From IMG/VR virus record IMGVR_UViG_3300044724_000147, positions 1 through 38,373 of that record: a stretch of DNA of 38,373 bases, one strand, 5' to 3'. This document shows, piece after piece, positions 17,726 to 25,838 of the stretch; position 1 is the first letter of the stretch, and the number at the start of each line of letters is the position of its first letter. Position numbers and translations under genes: made by a program. Source of the DNA: a virus. Its lineage: Duplodnaviria; Caudoviricetes. The notes beneath the pieces were generated by a model, which saw only the letters and a list, made by a program, of their open reading frames with translations, was not told where the DNA came from and made no database searches.

Positions 17726-18035
17726 CGGCACAATACCAACTTGGTTAAAGTTTGGTGTGTCACAGTCAACAGGTGGTATGTATGCAGTTGCAGATAGTGG
17801 TACAGCTAGTCCACAAGATTGGATTATGATTGGCATCTCTGCTGATGGCGCAGATACTTCTGGTGCAATTGAGGAAATAACATCTAAAGATAATCTACAG
17901 ACATATCTTGCTGCACAAGCTTCAGCAAATAGTTGGACTGACCCAGACCCAGATGATCCTGACGCAACGGTTGCTTTCGACGCTGCTGCTCACGCTCAAC
18001 GTGTTTGGGATGATTTAGACGCATTGAACGCATAA
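17688..18035 (+). CDS. hypothetical protein
   Basis: GAGGA RBS; KYRL..DGTIP.W motif. Confidence 0.75.
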   Translation: MAHKVVKYRLESDGTIPTWLKFGVSQSTGGMYAVADSGTASPQDWIMIGISADGADTSGAIEEITSKDNLQTYLAAQASANSWTDPDPDDPDATVAFDAAAHAQRVWDDLDALNA

Positions 18036-18048
18036 GTTCAATTGAACT
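18035..18048. promoter_or_regulatory. perfect palindrome AGTTCAATTGAACT
   Basis: Starts in the stop codon of the upstream gene and ends 14 nt before the nozzle ATG. Confidence 0.8.
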
Positions 18049-18062
18049 AATTAGGAAATGGG

Positions 18063-19985
18063 ATGCCACTACAAAAACTCCAGTTTCAACCGGGAATAAA
18101 CAGGGAGACAACTTCATATACAAATGAAGGGGGTTGGTTTGATGGTGATAAGGTTCGTTTTCGACAGGGATTTCCAGAGAAGATTGGTGGTTGGGAGAAG
18201 CTAGGGTCTAAGTCTTTCTTGGGTTCTTGTCGTGCGTTATGGCCTTGGCGAACTCTAAACCTAGATACCTTTCTTGGGGTTGGCACTCACCTAAAATATT
18301 ACATCGAGTCTGGTGAAGGTTACTATGACATAACCCCTACACGAGCCACAACGAGTGCAGGTGATGTAACCTTTGCCGCTACGAATGGTTCTTCTACACT
18401 TACTGTTTCTGATCCTAGTCACGATGCGGTGGTCAACGATTTCGTCACGTTTAGTGGGGCAGCAACTTTAGGCGGAAATATAACCGCAGCGGTTTTGGAT
18501 CAAGAATATCAAATTAACGAGATTGTAGACTCCTCCACATATAAGATTATTGCTCGTGCTGCTGGTTCATTAGACAGTATTACAGACGACGGTCAGTACT
18601 CTCCAACTCCTGTTGTGGCGAATGCATCTGATACAGGTAACGGAGGATCGTCGGTTGTCGGCGAATATGAGATTAATGTTGGTTTAGACACGTCCGTCAC
18701 AGGTAGTGGTTGGGGTGCAGGTGCATGGGCAAGAGGGACGTGGGGTTCTGCTGCGACTGTTGATCTTGTTACAGATACACTGCGTATTTGGACGCATGAC
18801 AACTTTGGCGAAGACCTTATCATCAACGTGATGAACGGTGGTATCTACTACTGGGATGCGTCGGCAGTGAATGCTTTAACAAATCCAGCAGTTGCTATAA
18901 GTGATCTAGCTGGTGCCGATTTAGCTCCGACCATAGCTAAAAAGGTTATCGTTTCAGATGTTGACAGGCATGTCATTGCTTTTGGTTGTGATCCACTGGA
19001 TAATATAGGGACTCAAGACCCACTGCTTATACGCTTTTCAGATCAAGAGAATGTCACAGATTGGCGACCTACGACGACGAACACAGCAGGTGATCTGCGT
19101 TTAGGCTCTGGTTCAAAGATTGTTACAGCTATCGAAACTAGACAGCAGATTCTAGTCTTTACAGATGTATCTCTCCACGCGATGCAGTATATCGGCCCAC
19201 CGTTTACCTTTGGGATCAATATGATCTCAGAGAATGTAACTATTCGGAGTCCAATCTCTGTAGCTGCGGTTGAAGATACCGTATACTGGATGGGTAAAAA
19301 CGAGTTCTACGTTTACAATGGTGGGGTACAAACACTGCCTTGTTCAGTACGTGACTATGTATTCTCAAATTTTAATGCGGTTCAGGCAGAGAAATGTTTT
19401 GCTGCGGTAAACTCTTCATTCTCAGAAATCTGGTGGTTCTATCCATCAGCAAGCTCAGACAATAACGATAGATATGTAGTCTATAACTACCTACAAAACA
19501 TCTGGTACTACGGGAATCTAACACGAACAGCATGGGTAGACCGTGGTGTCGAAGAAAATCCAATTGCTGCGGGGCGTGATGGATACTTGTACAACCATGA
19601 AGTCGGCTTCGATGACGGAAGCACTACACCTGCATCCGCGATAACTTCTTATGTTGAGTCTAGTCAGTTTGATATTGGTGATGGGGATCAGTTTAGTTTT
19701 GTCCGTAGATTGGTGCCAGACGTGACGTTTAGGAACTCTACAGCCGAAACACCTACAGCAAACTTTACTTTAAAAGCGCGAAACTTTCCGGGTGGTGCCT
19801 ATCTGCAAAACAATAGTAAAGCAGTAGAGAAGACGGCATCAGTTCCTGTAGAGCAATTTACACAAGATGCACATGTCAGGCTGCGCGGCAGATCAGTTGC
19901 GATTAGAGTTGATAGTAATAACACTGGCACAGGATGGAGACTTGGTTCTCCACGAATAGATGTGCGTAGTGACGGGAGACGGTAA
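18063..19985 (+). CDS. tail nozzle / DNA stabilization protein (P22 gp10 / T7 gp12 analogue)
   Basis: 640 aa; PGINRE...W.DGDKVRFR.G.PEKIGGW start; IRFSDQE...W.P...NTAG..RL; EIWWFYPS; WRLG..R.D...DGRR end. Confidence 0.8.
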   Translation: MPLQKLQFQPGINRETTSYTNEGGWFDGDKVRFRQGFPEKIGGWEKLGSKSFLGSCRALWPWRTLNLDTFLGVGTHLKYYIESGEGYYDITPTRATTSAGDVTFAATNGSSTLTVSDPSHDAVVNDFVTFSGAATLGGNITAAVLDQEYQINEIVDSSTYKIIARAAGSLDSITDDGQYSPTPVVANASDTGNGGSSVVGEYEINVGLDTSVTGSGWGAGAWARGTWGSAATVDLVTDTLRIWTHDNFGEDLIINVMNGGIYYWDASAVNALTNPAVAISDLAGADLAPTIAKKVIVSDVDRHVIAFGCDPLDNIGTQDPLLIRFSDQENVTDWRPTTTNTAGDLRLGSGSKIVTAIETRQQILVFTDVSLHAMQYIGPPFTFGINMISENVTIRSPISVAAVEDTVYWMGKNEFYVYNGGVQTLPCSVRDYVFSNFNAVQAEKCFAAVNSSFSEIWWFYPSASSDNNDRYVVYNYLQNIWYYGNLTRTAWVDRGVEENPIAAGRDGYLYNHEVGFDDGSTTPASAITSYVESSQFDIGDGDQFSFVRRLVPDVTFRNSTAETPTANFTLKARNFPGGAYLQNNSKAVEKTASVPVEQFTQDAHVRLRGRSVAIRVDSNNTGTGWRLGSPRIDVRSDGRR

Positions 19986-20281
19986 TGTCTCGCAATCTTG
20001 CTATACCATACTTCCCCAACGCCCCACGGGAGTACAATCAGCAGTACATATCTGAAATCGTGCGAGCCTTTTCTGTGTATGTACAGCAGGTTCAAAACCC
20101 CGGTGAGGGGCGAAACACATTTGGCGTATTTACCAACTTACAGACGGATGATTCTGGTTTAGAGACTGGGGCTATCTTTAATTACGGTGGATATGTTAAG
20201 ATAACACAAACAAACACACCACATGCTCGTGGATCAATAGGAACTGGAGCTGTTGGCTCAGTAACAATAACAACTACATAG
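19985..20281 (+). CDS. small tail protein
   Basis: TAATG coupling; P.AP.EY motif; C-terminal TGAVGSVT. Confidence 0.7.
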   Translation: MSRNLAIPYFPNAPREYNQQYISEIVRAFSVYVQQVQNPGEGRNTFGVFTNLQTDDSGLETGAIFNYGGYVKITQTNTPHARGSIGTGAVGSVTITTT

Positions 20282-20288
20282 GTGAACC

Positions 20289-20522
20289 ATGTCTGATGAA
20301 ACCGTAATTACAATGTCCGATGGTGGTCGATGGAGACCTGCTACATCTGTTGACACTATTCAGTGCCACAACTGTGATAACTTGGTGGACACACCAGAAG
20401 AAATAGCTTCGTATCCTGATGGCAACTGCCCAGACTGTGGCGAGTCATGGACAGGAGAAACTAAGAAGCACACAGCTATCACTGTGACAATGCCACAAGC
20501 AATGGACGGAGGGACTTTGTAA
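20289..20522 (+). CDS. small zinc-ribbon protein
   Basis: AGGTG RBS; CHNC...CPDC. Confidence 0.7.
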   Translation: MSDETVITMSDGGRWRPATSVDTIQCHNCDNLVDTPEEIASYPDGNCPDCGESWTGETKKHTAITVTMPQAMDGGTL

Positions 20523-21340
20523 TGCCCATGCAAGATCTAGGTGTCAATAGCGCACCATCAAGAACTGTATCATCAAGTCCAAGACCTCGTCCAAGACCAG
20601 AAAGATCTATAGTGGATAGAGCAATGGGTGGCATTAGAAGTGCTGGGCGGCAAATTAGAGATGATTTTAGACACGCAACTGGGCAGCAAAGATATACTGG
20701 CTCAGATTTAGCTGACTTCAATACACGTTCACAGCGATCATCTGAAGCTAATGAAAGATTTAGGAATAGAGATAGAGGCGACGGCGGTGGCTCTTCATCT
20801 CAACAGACTGCCGATCAAGCTCCAGACATGACAGATCAGTATGCTGAAAACCTTCGTCGTTACAATGAGTACATGGAAAGCCAACAGCCACAAGGCCCAG
20901 CGGTCACTCCTGAGATGCGTCAGGCTGCATTGCAAACTTTTGAATCTCAACGTGGTGCAGGTCAAATGCCATACTACATGGCGGCAGCGGCACAATCACA
21001 AGACCCTAACATGAGTCCAGCTTTCCAATATGCTGCACAGAACTACGGCACACTTGGTGGTTCACAGCGGCTTGCGCCCCGTCCGATGGAAATGATGAGC
21101 GTAGCAGAGCGTCGTCAGATAAATGACATGGCGCAAGCTATGGCGGATCAAGCCGCACAAGAGCAAGTGGCACAAAATCAATATCAACAAGGTATGGACA
21201 CGGTTATGCGTGGTGGTGGTAAAGGTGGCCCTGCTGTAATGCCACAACGACCTATGCCTCAAGCTAATCCAATGATGCCTACAAACATGCCACCTAACTT
21301 CGGAGCGATCTTGGCTCAAAGGTTTGGGAGAATGTATTAA
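20522..21340 (+). CDS. Q/M/P-rich low-complexity protein (possible internal virion protein)
   Basis: TAATG coupling at both ends; SPRPRPRP motif; disordered composition. Confidence 0.65.
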   Translation: MPMQDLGVNSAPSRTVSSSPRPRPRPERSIVDRAMGGIRSAGRQIRDDFRHATGQQRYTGSDLADFNTRSQRSSEANERFRNRDRGDGGGSSSQQTADQAPDMTDQYAENLRRYNEYMESQQPQGPAVTPEMRQAALQTFESQRGAGQMPYYMAAAAQSQDPNMSPAFQYAAQNYGTLGGSQRLAPRPMEMMSVAERRQINDMAQAMADQAAQEQVAQNQYQQGMDTVMRGGGKGGPAVMPQRPMPQANPMMPTNMPPNFGAILAQRFGRMY

Positions 21341-21573
21341 TGCCAGCAACAGTGTTAGATGATTGGAAAGTTCTACCACGTCTCATGATGTTGGCGGTTA
21401 CGATCCTTACATATCAGGCAGTGCATTGGTTTATGGGCTTGCCTGATCCATCTGTTGCACAGAGCGGTCTTGTATCTGTGTGCATGGGTGCTTTGACGGG
21501 ATGTTTTGGTATATGGATGGGTAAAGAATCTACGTCTACAAAGAAAAAAGTTGTTGAAGAGGAATTACTATGA
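21340..21573 (+). CDS. two-TM holin/antiholin-like membrane protein
   Basis: Two hydrophobic helices, PRL motif, charged C-terminal tail. Confidence 0.6.
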   Translation: MPATVLDDWKVLPRLMMLAVTILTYQAVHWFMGLPDPSVAQSGLVSVCMGALTGCFGIWMGKESTSTKKKVVEEELL

Positions 21574-21950
21574 TTGCTCAACTGATAGGGCCAATAGCTA
21601 ATTTAGCAGGGAGTTGGTTTGATGCGAAGTCTCAAGCACAGGCTGCAAGTGCAAAACTCAAGCTAACAGAGGCGGAAGCTAAAGCTAAGATAATGCTTAG
21701 TAAAGAAACAAGTGTGGCTGACTGGGAACGCATCATGGCACAGGGTTCTCAATCGAGCTGGAAAGACGAGTGGTTCGTCATTGTCCTGTCTATACCGCTT
21801 GTCTTGGCGTTTGTTCCCGGTACTGAGGGCTGGGTAGATAGCGGTTTTGAACAGCTTTCCAAAGCGCCAGACTGGTATTTTTACAGTTTAGGTATCGCCA
21901 TATCAGCGTCATTTGGTGTGCGTGGCGTACAGAAGTTCTTTAAGAGGTAA
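21570..21950 (+). CDS. holin-like membrane protein
   Basis: SSWKDEW, then two TM helices (FVIVLSIPLVLAFVP; WYFYSLGIAISASFG), basic C-terminus; upstream of the endolysin. Confidence 0.7.
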   Translation: MIAQLIGPIANLAGSWFDAKSQAQAASAKLKLTEAEAKAKIMLSKETSVADWERIMAQGSQSSWKDEWFVIVLSIPLVLAFVPGTEGWVDSGFEQLSKAPDWYFYSLGIAISASFGVRGVQKFFKR

Positions 21951-21952
21951 CG

Positions 21953-22222
21953 ATGGCTGATATGAAGATACCTGTTGCTCTAGTCTTTGCTATGGCTGTG
22001 CAGTTGGTGGCGTTAGTCTGGTATATCTCTGGTATGGTTCACGACATTGAATATCTTGAGGGAACAGTATCGGCACAACAAGATATCATTGATCTACTTA
22101 ACGCAGATGTAAATGATTTGTGGGAGTTCTGCACCTTTACTGAAAACAAATGGGCGGAAAGCTACACCTCTGACATGGTCTATGAGCGTGTCTGTGGGAC
22201 GAAGGAGTTTGTAGATGAGTAA
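21953..22222 (+). CDS. single-TM coiled-coil protein (lysis accessory / spanin-like?)
   Basis: N-terminal TM helix, short coiled coil, two Cys; inside the lysis cluster. Confidence 0.55.
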   Translation: MADMKIPVALVFAMAVQLVALVWYISGMVHDIEYLEGTVSAQQDIIDLLNADVNDLWEFCTFTENKWAESYTSDMVYERVCGTKEFVDE

Positions 22223-22838
22223 GGCACTAAAGATTTTACAAGAGAAATGTGGTGTTACAGCAGATGGCGCGTTTGGGCCGAATACAGCCCGTGCAATAGC
22301 TAGGCACTACAACTGGACATCAAAGCGAGGCGCACATCTTCTAGGGCAAGCTGCTCACGAGAGTGGCAACTTCATGGTGTCTGAAGAAAACCTTAACTAT
22401 CGCGCAGAGACAATGTGTCGTGTGTGGCCTTCTAGGTTTAACACCACGAAAGAAGCAGAGCCATATGCACGTAACCCTGAGAAGTTGGCAAATAAAGTAT
22501 ATGCTGACCGCATGGGTAATGGTTCAGAGGCGAGCGGCGATGGCTGGAAAAACCGTGGTCGAGGATTCATACAATTGACGGGCGCAAAAAATATCAAGCA
22601 ATTCGCAGAGCATATAGGCCGCGATAGCCTTGTAGATGACCCGTCACCCATCGCAGATGAGTTGGCTATGGACAGTGCTGTGTTTTTCTTTGAGAGGAAT
22701 GGGCTATTTAACATAGCGGATGAAGGCGTTACGGATGAAATTATTAAGAAAATAACCAAAAGAGTTAATGGTGGTCATCATGGTTTGGATGATCGCATTC
22801 AAAAAACAAAGAAGATATATAGTTGGCTAGACGATTGA
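22215..22838 (+). CDS. endolysin, glycoside hydrolase family 19, with short PG-binding N-terminus
   Basis: LQ...G..ADG.FGPNT; AH.LGQ..HES; ENLNY; GDGWK.RGRGFIQLTG; ITKRVNGG.HGLDDR. Confidence 0.92.
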   Translation: MSKALKILQEKCGVTADGAFGPNTARAIARHYNWTSKRGAHLLGQAAHESGNFMVSEENLNYRAETMCRVWPSRFNTTKEAEPYARNPEKLANKVYADRMGNGSEASGDGWKNRGRGFIQLTGAKNIKQFAEHIGRDSLVDDPSPIADELAMDSAVFFFERNGLFNIADEGVTDEIIKKITKRVNGGHHGLDDRIQKTKKIYSWLDD

Positions 22839-22869
22839 GATAATAAATGTTAAAGTTCAATAGAACTTT
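22828..22869 (+). promoter_or_regulatory. candidate promoter (TAGACG-N17-TAAAGT, extended TG) overlapped by palindrome AAAGTTCAATAGAACTTT
   Basis: -35-like at 22828-22833, -10-like at 22851-22856; palindrome core at 22854-22867; upstream of the ejection-protein genes. Confidence 0.55.
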
Positions 22870-22880
22870 TGGAGATTAGT

Positions 22881-23999
22881 ATGGTTCTACCCCTGTTAAT
22901 GAGTTTAGGTCTACCTGCTTTGGCTGGTTCTGGTGCATTTGCTAGTATACCTTTCTTGGCTGGCATGTCTGCTCCAGCATTAGCTGGTATTGGTGCAGGG
23001 CTTGGTTCTTTTATTCAGACTGGTGACATTGGAGATGGCATAAAGACAGGACTAACCTCTTTCCTTGGTGGTAAAATTCTTGGCGGTATCACAGGTGGTG
23101 CAGGTGTTAAAGACGGTACAGCTATGGAACGCATTATGGGTTCTCAGACAGGCGCACAACAAGCCGCTTTAGATTCCATTAAGCAAGCTGGCGGCACAGG
23201 GTTCATCAGTCAACTACCGACAGGTACAGAGGGTAGCTTATTTTCAGGCGGTCTTCAGGGAGCAGCAGCAGGTGCCATGCTTCCGGGGGTAATGCCAGCA
23301 GCTCTTATGGGCCAGACTATGTCTGACGCACAGATGATGCAGAAACAATATGAGAATCGTGCAGCAGAAGACGATGATACAAAACCACCCATGCCACGTC
23401 CTATGAGGGTAACACAAAGTGCTGATCCGTTTGCGTCAGGTGGTGGAGAAGGTATGTATTTCCAATATCAACGTCCACCAGCACCGCCGGGATATACACC
23501 AAAATACCCATACTACTATGCAGATGGTGGTCTAATGGGTCTACGCAGAATGCAAGAAGGTGGCGAGGCCGAAGTTGATGAGGTGATGGAAGATAATGGC
23601 ATGAATGAGAAAGATGTCATTATTGAAGCTATCGAAGCAGTTAAAGGAATGTCTGAGCAGCCAGAAATAGCGTTGGCTATGTTTGTTCAGAAGTACGGCG
23701 AGGACGCATTACGCGATCTTGTCGGGCGAGTGCAGTCTGGAGAGTTTGATGAGACTGTAGATCGCTTTGCGTCTGGTGAAAAAGGTATGGTGAATGGGCC
23801 GGGAGATGGCTCTGGTGTCGATGACATGGTGCCAGCCACACTTGAAGGGAAACAAGATGTCCTTTTAGCAGACGGTGAGTATGTACTGAGGAAGAAGTCT
23901 ACTGATGCTTTAGAGAAGGCATATGGTGGTGGATTCCTTGATGTTATTAACCGTGCCGAAGAGGATGCTCCAAAAGAACTTGAACGAATGGTGGGGTAG
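22881..23999 (+). CDS. internal virion / ejection protein with Gly-rich hydrophobic N-terminus
   Basis: ATG 22881 after GGAG RBS; GxxxG-rich membrane-like segment; YADGG and MQEGG motifs; GPGDG..DD.VPA...LADGEYV domain. Confidence 0.7.
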   Translation: MVLPLLMSLGLPALAGSGAFASIPFLAGMSAPALAGIGAGLGSFIQTGDIGDGIKTGLTSFLGGKILGGITGGAGVKDGTAMERIMGSQTGAQQAALDSIKQAGGTGFISQLPTGTEGSLFSGGLQGAAAGAMLPGVMPAALMGQTMSDAQMMQKQYENRAAEDDDTKPPMPRPMRVTQSADPFASGGGEGMYFQYQRPPAPPGYTPKYPYYYADGGLMGLRRMQEGGEAEVDEVMEDNGMNEKDVIIEAIEAVKGMSEQPEIALAMFVQKYGEDALRDLVGRVQSGEFDETVDRFASGEKGMVNGPGDGSGVDDMVPATLEGKQDVLLADGEYVLRKKSTDALEKAYGGGFLDVINRAEEDAPKELERMVG

Positions 24000-24412
24000 T
24001 GAGAGTAAGCTTGGTGCCGCCAGAAGCGGTAGGCCAAATATGGAAGGAAGTTGAGAGAGTATTAAAGAAGAGCGTAGCGACAGTTAAAGACAAAGCCGAA
24101 ATGATAGACATATTAGACGGCATTTTTGATAACACTTACGTTCTTTGGGTTGTAATGGATGAAGATGATAGCATAGTAGCTGCATTTACCACACGACTTT
24201 TAGTATATCCTCAACGGAAAGCCTTGGCATTAGATTGGGTAGGCGGAGAGCGCATGAAAGAATGGGAAGATCAGTTGATCGACACTATGCGCCGCTACGC
24301 AAATGAATTAGGATGTAGTCATCTAGAGGGCTATGGACGGAAAGGATGGGGTAGAGCTTTGAAAAAATACGGATTCTATCCTGAGTACATAGCCTACCGA
24401 ATGGAGTTGTAA
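23999..24412 (+). CDS. GNAT-fold acetyltransferase-like protein
   Basis: LWVV...YPQRKAL....GG..M..W...A...GC..LEG.GRKGW pattern, located among the ejection genes. Confidence 0.6.
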   Translation: MRVSLVPPEAVGQIWKEVERVLKKSVATVKDKAEMIDILDGIFDNTYVLWVVMDEDDSIVAAFTTRLLVYPQRKALALDWVGGERMKEWEDQLIDTMRRYANELGCSHLEGYGRKGWGRALKKYGFYPEYIAYRMEL

Positions 24413-24413
24413 G

Positions 24414-25838
24414 ATGGGAAAAGGCAAACAGGCACCAGCCGACACAACAATGCGTCAAACAAATCTACCTGAGTACGCTGATCCGTACTTTCGTAGGATG
24501 TTGCAGGGTGCTGAAGAAGCAACTATGCCCTTCCAAGATGACCTAAGTCAGCCAATTTACGATGACGCAGGTAACATCACAGGCTTCGGTCAGATGTCTA
24601 CATATCAGCCTTATCAGGGCGAGCGCATTGCGCCATCTGCAAACTATGGAGATATTCAAGCCTCTCGTTCTATGATTCGTGGCATTGCCCAACGTGGTAT
24701 TCGCGGTATGCAAGAGGGCATGGACGCTCAACGTGAAGGTATGGGCGCACAACGTGAAGGTATGGGCATTGCTCGTCGTGGAGTTGGGTATACCGAAGAA
24801 GGTATTGGTCGGCTTCGTGGTGCAGGTCAGTTTGATACTGGTCAGTTCTCTCAGTACGATCAGTATCAGCGTTCTGATTTCGATCCATATTCTAAATTCC
24901 GTCAAGCTAATTACAATGAGTACGGCTTTCAGCAACCCGATATGTTTACTGGTGAGTCAGTAGGACAATATATGTCTCCGTATATGCAGAATGTTGTTGA
25001 CGTTCAGAAGCAGCAAGCGCAGCTAGACTTTGACAGACAGCAAGCAGGTAGGGATGCGGCGGCGGTACAAGCAGGTGCGTTTGGTGGGTCACGTCAGGCA
25101 GTCGGTGATTACTTAGCCCAAGAGGGTCTTGCTCGTCAGATGGGCGACATTCAAGCATCAGGGCAGCAGCAAGCGTTTGAGCAAGCAGCTAGAATGTTTG
25201 GTGAAGATCGTGCGGCTCAGATGGACATGGAAAGATTACGTGCTGCTGAACTTGCTCGTGTACAAGCAGGTCGCGCAGGTGAACTTGGCCGTGTGCAAAC
25301 TGGTGAAGTGGGTGAGTTGGCTCGTGTGCAATCGGGTCGAGCAGGTGAACAAACAAGACTCGATGCCTTACGTGCATCAGAACTTGCCCGTGTACAGCAA
25401 GCTATTGAGCAGTCTCGTCAGTTTGGTGCAGGTCAGGAATTAGCAGCAGAACAAGCAGCTATTCAAGCAGCAGGGCAAATGGGTACAATGGGTCAGGGCA
25501 TCGGCGCTCTTGGCATGAATGTTGGCTCTCTTGGTCAAAGCCTCGTTGGTCTTGGCGAAAGGGAACGTGCAGCAGATATCCAGAGCGCACAGCTACTTGA
25601 GGCAGTTGGTCGTGATATTCGTGCAGAGGATCAAGGTCGTCTTGATCTTGCTTACGAAGACTTTCAGCGTCAGCGTGACTACCCAATCCAGCAGTACGAG
25701 CGCATGGCAGGTATCTTACGCGGTGTGCCAGTGACACCAAATGTAGAGCAACAGCGTATGGTTAGCTACAACCCAATACAACAGGCACTTGGCGCAGGTA
25801 TATCGGCACTTGGACTATATAAAGGTCTATCAGCATGA
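24414..25838 (+). CDS. DNA ejection / pilot protein
   Basis: MGKGK start; YMSPYMQNVVD; AVQAGAFGGSRQA; Q/A/G-rich helices; hydrophobic C-terminal LGAGISALGLY. Confidence 0.7.
   Translation: MGKGKQAPADTTMRQTNLPEYADPYFRRMLQGAEEATMPFQDDLSQPIYDDAGNITGFGQMSTYQPYQGERIAPSANYGDIQASRSMIRGIAQRGIRGMQEGMDAQREGMGAQREGMGIARRGVGYTEEGIGRLRGAGQFDTGQFSQYDQYQRSDFDPYSKFRQANYNEYGFQQPDMFTGESVGQYMSPYMQNVVDVQKQQAQLDFDRQQAGRDAAAVQAGAFGGSRQAVGDYLAQEGLARQMGDIQASGQQQAFEQAARMFGEDRAAQMDMERLRAAELARVQAGRAGELGRVQTGEVGELARVQSGRAGEQTRLDALRASELARVQQAIEQSRQFGAGQELAAEQAAIQAAGQMGTMGQGIGALGMNVGSLGQSLVGLGERERAADIQSAQLLEAVGRDIRAEDQGRLDLAYEDFQRQRDYPIQQYERMAGILRGVPVTPNVEQQRMVSYNPIQQALGAGISALGLYKGLSA

Noticed and set aside
18035-18048. 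Palindrome as an intrinsic terminator hairpin
   Set aside because: The stem would be only 5-6 bp and AU-rich, there is no U-tract here, and at 5117 the motif sits beside a separate genuine terminator.
22869-22880. TTG start for the ejection gene
   Set aside because: GGAG at 22871-22874 is correctly spaced for ATG 22881.
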